Positions 26,781 through 38,410 of a stretch of 64,000 bases of DNA are shown piece by piece; within the stretch, counting starts at the first letter, position 1, and the number at the start of each line of letters is the position of its first letter. Origin of the DNA: Neocallimastix sp. 'constans' (lineage: Eukaryota); NCBI GenBank assembly GCA_050613775.1, contig JBODTK010000106.1:372001-436000 (forward strand), given 5' to 3'. A model generated the notes under the pieces. It saw nothing but the letters and a program-made list of their open reading frames with translations. It searched no databases and was not told the origin of the DNA. Position numbers and translations under genes: made by a program.

Positions 26781-27598
26781 TAAAATTATTAAAATATATA
26801 TTTATATTTAAAATTTTGATAAAATGTAGGAAATTTCTACTAAAACTTTTTGTATCGAAAATTTATTGTTCTTCACTGCTCATTGGGATTTAATGAATAT
26901 TGTAATCCAGCATTATTCAAAAAAAGGAAATGGAAATTCTTCAGATTTTCGTAAATAATATTTATAAATAATAATAATTTTTATTATTTTTTTTTTTCTA
27001 TATTAAATAACAATATTTCATATTTTTCAATTATATATCTATATATATACTTAATTTTTTTTTTCTTCATATTTCATATACTAAATCAGCTTCTTTCTCT
27101 AGCTCAGATGTATTACATAGAAATACTCTTAATCCTATTCTGTATAAACCATTTGATCCTATTTTTAAACCTAAATATGAACAATTGTACTCATTTTATA
27201 TTAAAGAAGATGGAATTGCTGCTGTTAATATTAATTCTTCCACTATAAAAATTATAGAAGAACAAATGGAAAATGATAATTATTCATATTTAATGTTTTC
27301 TCAAGTAAAAATTAAAATTAAATAATATATATATACACATAAATTAAAAATATAAATATATATATTTATTAATTATACAATTATACATTAAAGATTATAA
27401 ATAGTTTAATAGTTTAATAGTTTAATAGTTTAATAAATGAATTATATTAATAATATGAAATATTAATTTTTATTATTTATTATTTATTAATATTATTATT
27501 ATTTTATTATTTTATTATTTTTTAATTAAAATTTAAAGGCCGCAGAAGAAATTGGTGAATTATTATATAGTAATATCTATCCAAGAATGAATTTATAA
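24345..27598 (+). CDS. 7TM-RGS protein (GPCR-like TM domain with C-terminal RGS domain), multi-exon
   Basis: TM1 followed by NRQNALIKYRRP; several TM exons including very short ones; RGS motifs FREQVREISTKTFCIENLLFF, YSFYIKEDGIAAVNINSSTIK, MFSQAAEEIGELLYSNIYPRMNL* (stop 27596-27598). Confidence 0.85.
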
Positions 27599-27769
27599 AA
27601 AAAGAAAAAACAATTATTTTTGATATATCTAATCATTTATTATATTATTATATTATTCTTATATTATATAGACTGATAATTTAGAATATATTTTTTTTTG
27701 TTATCTTTTTTGAAAGAGTTTTTTAAATTATTTCAATTTATAAATAGTTTTATCTTTTATTGCTTTGTA

Positions 27770-27805
<36 letters not shown>

Positions 27806-28096
27806 ATTAGTTATTATTATTTCTTTTTTTTTTTTTTTTTTTTTTTTGTATTTTTATTAGTATTTAATGTATTATTTATATATGTAATTTATATATTCTG
27901 TTATAGTAACTCATTAAGATATAAAAAAATAATGAAAATATAAACCAAAGTATATTACATACACCTAGTATATACTAATTTCAATATTACTATTTATTAA
28001 TTTTATTTTATTTTTTATTATTTTGTAAATTTTTATTTTTATTTTATAAATATAGTATAAATAATGAATATAATTAACTTTTATTTATTTTTATAA

Positions 28097-28172
<76 letters not shown>

Positions 28173-28349
28173 ATAAAAATATAAATAACATTTAAATATT
28201 AAACATATGTTTTCAAAAAATTTAAATAATACAGTTTGTTTCAATTATGGATATTAAAATTTATTATGAAAAATTTTTTGTAATTACCAAATATTGACTA
28301 ATATTAAATAGTAATGTAAACACAATGTCACAGATATGAATAATAGAGA

Positions 28350-28670
28350 ATCAAGTGCTGATTATGATAGTAGTAACAAAGTGTATAATATTAATAATAA
28401 TAGCAATACATATAATATTGTTAATAATAGTAATAGTATTGATAGGGAAAATAATAGTTTTGCTACTAATAATGTAGTGAAGAGATCAATTAATGAAAAA
28501 TCGTGTTTATATTAGTAATTTTCTGAATAATGAGTGTATAAATATCTATGTGTCGTAGTAACGATTATATAACCCCCTTTTAGTTGGAAGAGATGAAGAC
28601 ATTATTGATATAAATTATAATAAGGAATGGAATGTTTTGTTTAATAACCAAATAATTTCTGGTGATTATT
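28350..28670 (+). repeat. Dispersed ~320-bp repeat, copy 1 (copy 2 at 43930-44260)
   Basis: Colinear blocks shared with copy 2: gatagtagtaa, aatattgttaataatagtaatagtattgatag, attagtaatttt, aatgagtgt, cgattatataac, ggaagagat, aaggaatgga, atttctggtgattatt. Confidence 0.8.
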
Positions 28671-28694
28671 ATCAGTTGCTCTATAATATCATTA

Positions 28695-28873
28695 AATATC
28701 AATGAAGAATAAAATTTTTATTGTATTTATTTTGACCTCTTTGGGTTGTGCAATATCAAAGCTTTCGGTTTTATTTATACAGGTCTTACTGGAAATTTAG
28801 AGCTACGTCATTTGTTCAACCCCAAATATGTCAAAAATTAAATATTAACAAAATTTTATTCTTCATTGATATT
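28695..28873. mobile_element. MITE-like element with 24-bp perfect inverted ends
   Basis: AATATCAATGAAGAATAAAATTTT (28695-28718) and its reverse complement (28850-28873); no clear TSD. Confidence 0.55.
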
Positions 28874-29402
28874 GGCATTAATATTAATATAATTATTGTT
28901 TAGTAATGATTTTTTTGAAAAATTATATTAATTTGATTATACATTACATTATTACAAGATTATTTTTTAATTGATATCATAATTATGTTTATAAATATCA
29001 TTTTTATTATAAGAAATATTATATTTAGCAAGGAAAGACTTTTTTATTTTTATCTTCTTTAAAATAGATATTACTTCAAGAAATGCAGTTAACTTTAAGG
29101 TAATATTGACAAAAATAAAAATTGATTTTTTAAACTTTTTTTATATTTATTTAATTTTCATGAATGATTTTTAGAAGAGAGATACTGAATAATAAACCCA
29201 CTAACTCTAAACTCTAAAAAAATAAATCCCAGTAAATTCAGTAAAAAAAAAAAAAAAAAAAAAAACGAAGAAGAAAGATATTGATTTAATTTCAAGGTCT
29301 TTTTTTTTTTTTTTTTTATTTTATTTTATTTTGAAAAGCCATGGTTATTAACCATTATTAGATTTGATCTTTTCCAAAAACAAATTAGTAATTGAATTCC
29401 TA

Positions 29403-29451
<49 letters not shown>

Positions 29452-30041
29452 CTTTTATAGTTTCTTTCATATTTCAATCTCTCTAGAAATTGTTTTTTCA
29501 TACTTCTTTTAATGAGAAATCTAAATTTCATTATATAAATACATCAAAAGTTTTTTTTTTTTATTAATGAATTTATTATTAGAAAAAGGGATTAAATTTT
29601 ATATATATTAAATAAAAAATATATATATATATATAATAAAAAAACATTATTATATTGGTTATACAATTCTTTTGTTTCATAATCAATCATATACTTATGT
29701 TTTATATATTGAGAGTTTAGTGGCTTGGTGCACACTTTTAATGGAAAATTTTCAAAAACGAAAAAGAAAAATAAAAAAAAAAAATAAAATAAAGGACTAC
29801 CAGATGATAGAAAGAAAAGAAGAGGTTGTAATAGCATTAACTCTTTTTGCTAATGGTAATGTTATAAAGACCAACTTTAAAAAAAAAAAATTTATTTACG
29901 AAACAGATTTTAGATAGAGTTCAATCACGAGAGAGGCTATTAAAAAATAAATGTAAGTATAAATAAAATTTATACATTAGTTATTCAAATTCATAAATTT
30001 TATTTATTCAAAATATTTATAAAAATCAAATATTTTGTTAG

Positions 30042-30082
<41 letters not shown>

Positions 30083-30263
30083 TTAACTAATAAAAATAGT
30101 TTCTTTCTACTATAAAAATTGTATTTTCCTTTTTTTTTTTTTTTTATGAACTAAATTAATTTTTATTTATTTATTAATTTATTTTTTGAATCTATATTAG
30201 TCATTTTTTTCTCCTCTTAATTCTTTTTAATTTTCACTGATAGAGCAAAAGAAGATTTCAATT

Positions 30264-30299
<36 letters not shown>

Positions 30300-30332
30300 T
30301 ATTATTTAACGCAAATATTATATATTATTTTA

Positions 30333-30371
<39 letters not shown>

Positions 30372-30849
30372 ATTTTAATGTTTCATTTCATTCAAGTTTA
30401 TTTCATATAAATTTGAAAAAAAATTTTTTTATTAAAAAAAAAAAAAATTAATTATGAACATAAATGGAAATATTTTACAAATTAAAAAAAAAAAATAAAT
30501 AAAATAGATTTTTTATTGAATCTTTTTTTTTTTTTTTTTGTTGTTGTTGTATTATCCATTGTGAATTACATACATACAAATACCATGCTTAAGTAAAAAA
30601 AAATAATATATTTAGAGGAATCAACATATAATAAATAATAAAAACCAATTCATTATTATGAATAATAAAATAAATGAATTATTTATTTATATTTTATTTT
30701 TCTTGGTACATATTATATATGACTATTTTTATAATATAATTTTGTTTTTAAAAGGATACACTTTTTAAAAATTAAATATTTCAAATTTATTATATTTTTA
30801 GATTTATTTATTTTTTTTATAAAAAACGTAAGCAAAAGTATATTTCAGA

Positions 30850-31980
30850 AAGATATCGATGATTTCTGGAGTATTAGTTGCAAATTGGATAATAAAATAT
30901 ATCATTATTTCTTTAATCATAGATTATATCGTCAATATCAGATATAAGATCTTCAGAAGATTTAATTAATTCTCATTGTAAATAACCAGTTGAGGATGCA
31001 CTAAGAGAGGTCGAAATAGTACCAAATCTCCCTGATTTAGAATGGATAAACAATTCCTTTGACGAAAGGCGGCTTAAATAAGAATTCTTAATATAACATT
31101 TAAGTAAGAGAGTTTGAACTCCAGCAAACATTAATATTTGAATTATATTATCAATTTTTCCTGTTAACAATATTAATTAAATTATTATTTAAAGATTTGA
31201 TTATATTTTAGCAATGAACATAAGAATTTTATTTTTTACTTTTTTCGATATGATTACTTTCAAGATTATTTATGATGATTGAATCGATATTGACTGTGGG
31301 TATTGAACAGAGTTCACCTATTAATTTTCAGTAACAGCATCAATGGAATCCTACGAATTTTTAGAAGGAATACAATCTGCTATAGAAATCGAAATTAAAA
31401 TGAAGTAAGTTATATTTGTGTATCATTCTTTGGACATCCCACATAAATTTCAAATAAAAGTAATTTCCATAATTACATATGGCTTTAAGCAATTGAGTTT
31501 GTTTATTGCCATCAATAACACCTAGTAGAACCCATTTGTGAATTATTAATTTATTTTCAAAAGATGAATTTAGATTTCGTGGAAGTAACAGAGATACCAA
31601 ATGGGTATAAGGAATTTCTATAAGGTTTTCATGAGCAAAGGAGTATTAATTTATAGAGCGTTCTCCTTTTTGCAAATCAAAGTCTTTTTGTGATGTGTAA
31701 AGCTTTATTTTTGATTTATAGTATTTGTTAAAATCAGTCTATTTTCATTTAGATATTTTCACCTTATAAAAAAATTTTTTTTTTTAATTATGTCAGAATA
31801 GACAATGGCATTATCTTGATGTTACAGATTCTCATTATGATATTTTGAATAAGTTTAATCATAAGTGATCCGTTTTTAAACAAACAATGTTTAATTTTTC
31901 TTTTAGTTCTTTTTTTTAGTTTCATCACCAGAAGCCAGAAGATGTTCATTTCATTATCATCAAAATCTGCTTGGAAAACG
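30850..31980 (-). pseudogene. Decayed multisubunit RNA polymerase largest-subunit (beta'/Rpb1-like) fragment, probably linear-plasmid/virus derived
   Basis: FQADFDDNEMNIF at ~31940-31977 (cf. NADFDGDEMN); GKIDNIIQILMFAGVQ...CYIKNSYLSRLSSKELFIHSKSGRFGTISTSLSASSTGYLQ*ELIKSSEDL (F region/bridge helix); no introns, many frameshifts. Confidence 0.8.
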
Positions 31981-31982
31981 CT

Positions 31983-32265
31983 AAATAATAAATAATAAAT
32001 AATAAATAATAAATAATAAATAATAAATAATAAATAATAATAAATAATAAATAATAAATAATAAATAATGAATAATAAATAATAAATAATAAATAATAAA
32101 TATTAAATAATAAATAATAATAAATAATAAATAATAAATAATAAATAATAATAAATAATAAATAATAAATAATGAATAATAAATAATAAATAATAAATAA
32201 TAAATAATAAATAATAAATAATAAATAATAAATAATAAATAATAAATAATAAATAATAAATAAAC
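31983..32265. repeat. (AATAAAT)n microsatellite
   Basis: 7-mer array; explains ORF 31981..32310. A similar array lies at ~33345-33500. Confidence 0.9.
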
Positions 32266-32807
32266 AAAAAAAAAAAAAAAAGAATAAATAAAGTGTATTT
32301 TATTGTTCATGTTAAATTAATAATCATTTTTTTCTCTTTTTTAATTTTAATTTTCATATGACAATAACATGAAAATAAATCATATGCCATTTAAGTCACA
32401 AAAAAATATATTATAGTAAATTTAAATAAAATTAATAATCCATTATCCATAATCCATAATCAATAATAATAAGTAATAAGTAATAAATATAATTAATAAT
32501 CAAATGTGGTATGATTTAAGAAAATAATATTCTATATTGTATAAATAAATAAATAAAAAAATTAATTATTATTATTATCATATGTGAAGTTTCAAAAAAG
32601 TGATTCTTATTAATAGATAAAGTGGAGTTTTATTGATGTTTAAAAATGTTGATTAATTTTATTTTATTTATTAATTAATTTATTTATTGATTTATTTATT
32701 TATTTATTTATTTTTGAATTTTAATAATAAATAATAAATAATAAATGATAAATAATAAATAAAATAAAAATTAATAAGCATTTTTTTCTACTTTTCTAAT
32801 TTTAATT

Positions 32808-33204
32808 CCTAACAGTGGGCCTGAGTGGGTTGCGCTAGTAACTGTCATCAATATTACTTACGAGGGAATTCCTAGCATATGGGTTCATATGCACGTAGTT
32901 AAACTACGAATCAATCTGCTAACTAAATATACTATTACCTAGTGAGCTAACACGTGACTCATTGGGTTAGGTTATTCTAGCCTCGCTTCTTGGGAGTTAG
33001 GCACCGAAAAAGCATTCCGAGAAAAATCGTGCTAGAAAAATCTCAGCAATAATATATATGGTTAGAGCGCCAATGCTGAATTCACAGTAAGGCTGTCCAG
33101 TAGGGACTATATCCGCCTGTGCTATAGCACACGAAGTGTTGTGACTACCTTAATATTCCCATGTCTTGAGGGGGGCATAACACACCGGAAATAAAAAAAA
33201 AAAA
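32808..33204 (+). mobile_element. SINE-like retroposon, 5'-truncated copy
   Basis: Ends CACACCGGAAATA(n); 13-bp TSD TCTAATTTTAATT (32795-32807, 33205-33217); homologous to 36130-36549. Confidence 0.85.
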
Positions 33205-34642
33205 TCTAATTTTAATTTTCATATGTCAATAAAATGAAAATAAATCATATGTCATTTAAGCCACAAAAAAACTATATTATAGTAAATTTTAATAAAATCC
33301 ATAATCCATAATCAATAATCCATAATAATAAATAATAAATAATAAATGATAAATGATAAATAATTGAATAATAAATAATAAATAATAAATAATAAATAAT
33401 AAATAATAAATAATAAATAATAAATAATAAATAATAAATAATAAATAATAAATAATAAATAATAAATAATAAATAATAAATGATAAATAATAATTAATAA
33501 ATAAAAACTATAATAAATAATAAATAATAACTATAATAAATAATAAACAACTATAATAAAATAATTAAATAATAAAATATATAATAAAATAAAATAAATA
33601 ATAAATATGCTTAATAACATTTCCAAAAATAGTTTGCTTACCATTATAGGATTTTGATATAGCATTCTATTGTATATAAAATTTTTGTGTCAATAAAAAT
33701 AAAAAAAAAAAACTTAATGACCGTCCAATCATTGTATTATATCAAACATTCAACTTACATTAATATTATATTAATATTATAATATATAATATATGAAAGT
33801 AGCATATAATAATAAATTTACTATAGTAAAGTTCTATTCAAAAGAAAATAAAAAAAAAAAAAAAAAAAACTTTTTTTTTTTTTAAATATTGATATATTTA
33901 AAATATTAATATATATATTTAAAAGATATAAATAATCTAATTGAAATTTTTATTAAATTTTAAAATTATTATTTATTATTATTTCAATTATAACCAAATA
34001 TTTCAATAATATAAAAAATATTATGATATTGCTAACTGCATATATAAGTCTTTTATTTATCATTTATACTGCTACAAATAATAATAGAAGATATATTTAT
34101 TATTGAATTATTTTTTTTTAAATGAAAAAAAAATAAATAATCTATTATGTATTATGTATTAATAATATATAATAAATTATTGATTATATATATTTTATCT
34201 TGATTTCAATTATTAAGATTAGTAATGGCAAATTAATGTATATATTATATGTTATATGTTAATAATTATTATTACTAATTAAAATTATAAAAATTAAAAA
34301 ACTTTTATGGAATAATGGTCAATTAAAAATTTATATATGAAAAAAATTTTTTTTATATTAAAAAAATATTAAAAAAAAAAAAAAAAAACACCGAAACTGA
34401 CATAAATAATAATATATTAATATAGAATATATATTTATTTATTAATATATTTATATATCTTTTTAAACTTTTATATATATATTTTTTAATATTAAATGTA
34501 TAATAAAATTTGTTATATTAAACTTTTTAAAGTTTTAACTACTACTGATATTTTCAAAATATTCTTATAATAATGTGGATAAATTATAATATATTTAAAA
34601 AAAATTGTTTTTTTTAATTATTTAAAATACATGTTTACTAAA

Positions 34643-34674
<32 letters not shown>

Positions 34675-35711
34675 GCTTTGATTAATTATTTAAATATATT
34701 TACAAAAAAAATAAAAAAAAAAAAAAAAGAAGACTTTGAATAGTAAGGAAGTGTTGCATTTCAGAAAATGTGGCGTTTCAAATTTTTTAATAAACAAATA
34801 CATAAGTAAAAAATTTAAATAAATAAATAAATAGTTTTAATAAACAAGGTCAAATTAAGGTTAAAGATTTTATTATTTTTATTATATATTTTAATAGTAA
34901 ACTTTTATTTAAATATTTTATTTTAATAACCAAGATGATCATAGTTAATGTTCATTACATTATAATAATAATAATCTCGTAAAGAATTTATTTATTTTAT
35001 TTATTTTATAATTATTATCTATAATTATTATATTTCAATATATAAAAATATTCATAAAATTAATGATATAGATATAAATGTTTATAATAATAATAATATT
35101 AGAATAATAATAATATAATAACGATTTAGAAATATTTAATGATAAAGATATATTCTTATATTTTTTTAAATTAAATTTTAAAAAATATTTAAATTTTTTG
35201 AACAATTATGAATTTTTAATAAGAATAATTTAACTATTAATTATAATTTTGTACAACAGAACTCTTCATGATATTTTTCATTTAATCATTACTCCGTCAG
35301 TTTTGTAATTTTTCAATTAAACATTAAAATATTGATTTCATAAGATCTTTCTAATACTTTTTTTTATATTCCTCTCTTTTTTCTTTCTAATCTTCTAATC
35401 ATTATAAAATAAAGATTTAGATTCTTCTTTTTTTAAAGTTTATATTCATTTATCAAAATAATTTTTTTTTTTTGCAAATAAATTATTTATATAATTATTT
35501 AAAGATTCTGATGGATATTGTTATAATAATTCCAAATAATTAATTTATAATACTTTTTTTTTTCTTTTTATAATTATTATCAATAATTATAATATTTTAA
35601 TGATGTCTTAATTGATGATTTTTAAATAAAACTTTTTGTTTAATTATAAACGTATAAATAAATTTAACTAATATATTTAATAATAAACTAATATTTTACT
35701 ATATAAAAATA

Positions 35712-35838
35712 TTTTTTTTTTTTATTTCTGATGTGTACCGCTCTAGGTTTCAGCCTCTCCTCCTCAGGAATTGTGGGAATATTGAGGTAATCACACACTA
35801 TTTTCCCTACTGGACGACCTTACTAAGTGTTTCAGCAT
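35712..35838 (-). mobile_element. SINE-like retroposon, 3'-terminal fragment
   Basis: Reverse complement atgctgaa...agtaaggtcgtccagtaggga...tacctcaatattccc...acacatcagaaata(n) matches the 3' end of the other two copies. Confidence 0.8.
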
Positions 35839-35939
35839 AAAATTAATGATATAGATATAAAAATTATTAATAAGAATATAAAAATATAAAAAATAATAAT
35901 AATAAAATAATTATTTAAAAATATTTAATGATAAAGATC

Positions 35940-36549
35940 AAAAGCATGGTTGTTAGTCCGTGGGCTGGCATACATAAAGCTCCTGGTTTGATCTCGCCCT
36001 ATGACCATTTTCCAGGTTTTCCTCACAAGAGGTTTTTATGGAATATGATGGTTAGGGTACAGGTAAGTATTTCCCATTATATATATACTATTATTCTAAA
36101 TATCCTAAGTAATATAGACAACATATTGTCCTAAATGTGGGACTGAGAGGATTACACAAGTACTGTCATTTAATATACTTATAATGTAATTAACATTTGG
36201 GTATATGATTTCATGTATCCATGTAGATATATTCTACTTGGTTATGTAGATATTCAACTAAATTGAAATCTTTCTGACGTTTATGCAATTACCAAGTGAG
36301 CTAGTGTGTATCTCCACGAGTTAAGTTATACTGGCCTCGCTTCAAAAGGTTATTAGGAACTGGAGAAGCACTCCAAGAAAAATGTACGAGAAAATTTTCA
36401 GTAATAATATACATGTAAGAGTGCCAATGTTGAATACTCAGTAAGGCTGTCCAGAGGGGACAATTCTGCCTATACGAAAGTGTTGTAACTACCTCATTAT
36501 TCCCTGAAAGGGCGATACACACCAGAAATATAAAAAAAAAAAAAAAAAA
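35940..36549 (+). mobile_element. SINE-like retroposon, longest copy, with possible tRNA-derived head
   Basis: TSD GATAAAGATC (35930-35939, 36550-36559); poly-A tail; head with B-box-like GGTTTGATC ending ...CTATGACCA (36007). Confidence 0.8.
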
Positions 36550-38139
36550 GATAAAGATCGATATTTTAATAGTTTTTTTAAATTAAAATTTTAAAAATTA
36601 TTAATATTTTTTAAAAATTATGGATTTTTTATTAGTTTTTATTAGTTTTTTTTTTTTTTTTTTTTTAATTATAAAAAAATTTAAGAAAATATTTATTTTT
36701 TAATAATTAAAAAAATAAAAATATTTTTTTTTTAATTATTTTATATTTATATTTAATTATTAGTTATTTAAAATTTAATAGATTATTATGAATAAATTGA
36801 CATTATTATTCAATCTTTTAATTATGAAATGTTATAAAAATTATATTATTTTTTATATTTAATTAATATTTATTTCTATTATTTAAATTTAATTACATAT
36901 TATGAATAAATTAATTTAATTATTATTCAATCTTTTTAGTTATAAAATGATAAAGTAAATATTTTATTTTTTAATATATGGCGTTAAATTACTTCAGTAG
37001 AAAAGCCACATTGTGAAATGTAATTTTTCTAAAAACATATTGTTTTGAGTAATAAAAGAAAAAAATAAATACAAATTTTTAAAAATATATTACGTAATGT
37101 ATAACAAATTCCTTTTTTATAATATTAGTATATAAATTTATTTCCTTTGTAGTTCAATTCAGTTATGATATTAATATATGCTATATAAATAATAATAATA
37201 ATTAATTAAAATAGAAATAAAAAGAATATTCTAATGATTTTTTTTTTTTTTTTTTTTTTTTGTTCTTTGTTTTAAAATAAAAAATATAGATAATATATAC
37301 GTAAAAATCTTATATTTAAAATATAAATATAATTAGTAATTATATATTTACATAAAAAAAAGTGAAAAATTAATGAATATGGAATAAAACTAAAAACTAA
37401 TTATTACATAAATGTAATAATAAAAAATTTTTAATTATTATTTTTTATTTTTAATTGTTATTAATACTATTATTATTAATTATTATTATTATTGATTGTC
37501 ATTGTTTATTTTTTTTTTTAAAAAAAAAAATAAAACAAAATCAATAAACAAATTTGTATAATAAACAATTTCATACATTAAATACGATGGCATTTTTAAT
37601 AAAACTTTTTATAGTTTATGCAGAAAGATTTAAAGCTCAGCTCATTTATATTTGCATATGATTATATAAAAAATATCATAGTATTATGTAAAGTTAATAT
37701 TAATTGCATGATTTCATTAATAATTAAAATATCAACTATTGTTCAGTATTATTTATAAAAAAGTTTTATTATATAGAAAAAATTTTATTTTATAATAAAA
37801 AAGTTTTATTATATAGAAAAAATTTTATTTTATAAAAAATAGGATAAATGATAAATTAATAATAGTTCTTATATAAAAATAATAGATATCTTATTAAATT
37901 TATTAAATGCCTTTTTTTGACCATAAATAAACAATATTTTTTTTTATAAAAATTAATAATAATATTATTATTTTCTATAATAAAAAAAATATTAATTTAA
38001 TATTATTCAATTTACAGGGATTTATTATTTATTTATTTTATTATTTAATAATACTATAATACTATTTGATATTTAATGTTTTTTTTTTTTTTTTTTTGAA
38101 ATAAATATATAAATAATAATAAATAATAAATAAGAAATA

Positions 38140-38410
38140 ATAAATAATAAATAATTATAATAATTATAATAATAATAAATAATAAATAATTATAATAGTA
38201 ATTATAATAATAATAAATAATAAATAATTATAATAGTAATTATAATAATAATAAATAATAAATAATTATAATAGTAATTATAATAATAATAAATAATAAA
38301 TAATTATAATAGTAATTATAATAATAATAAATAATAAATAATTATAATAGTAATTATAATAATAATAAATAATAAATAATTATAATAGTAATTATAATAA
38401 TAATAATAAT
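38140..38410. repeat. ~37-bp AT-rich minisatellite
   Basis: aataataataaataataaataattataatagtaatt(at) repeated about 6-7 times. Confidence 0.85.

Larger units (their letters stand above)
34747..37030 (-). mobile_element. Degenerate MULE relic carrying two SINE-like insertions
   Basis: Degenerate inverted ends (catttcagaaaatgtggc / gccacattgtgaaatg); ~35270-35560 encodes SESLNNYINNLF...LKKEES..YND, homologous to the C-terminus of the 18.5-19.9 kb transposase. Confidence 0.6.

Noticed and set aside
35940..36007. Functional tRNA gene
   Set aside because: Cloverleaf is incomplete and B box imperfect; it is part of a TSD-flanked insertion.
35928..36522. ORFs 35928..36134 and 36301..36522
   Set aside because: Lie within the non-coding SINE-like copy; no recognisable protein motif.
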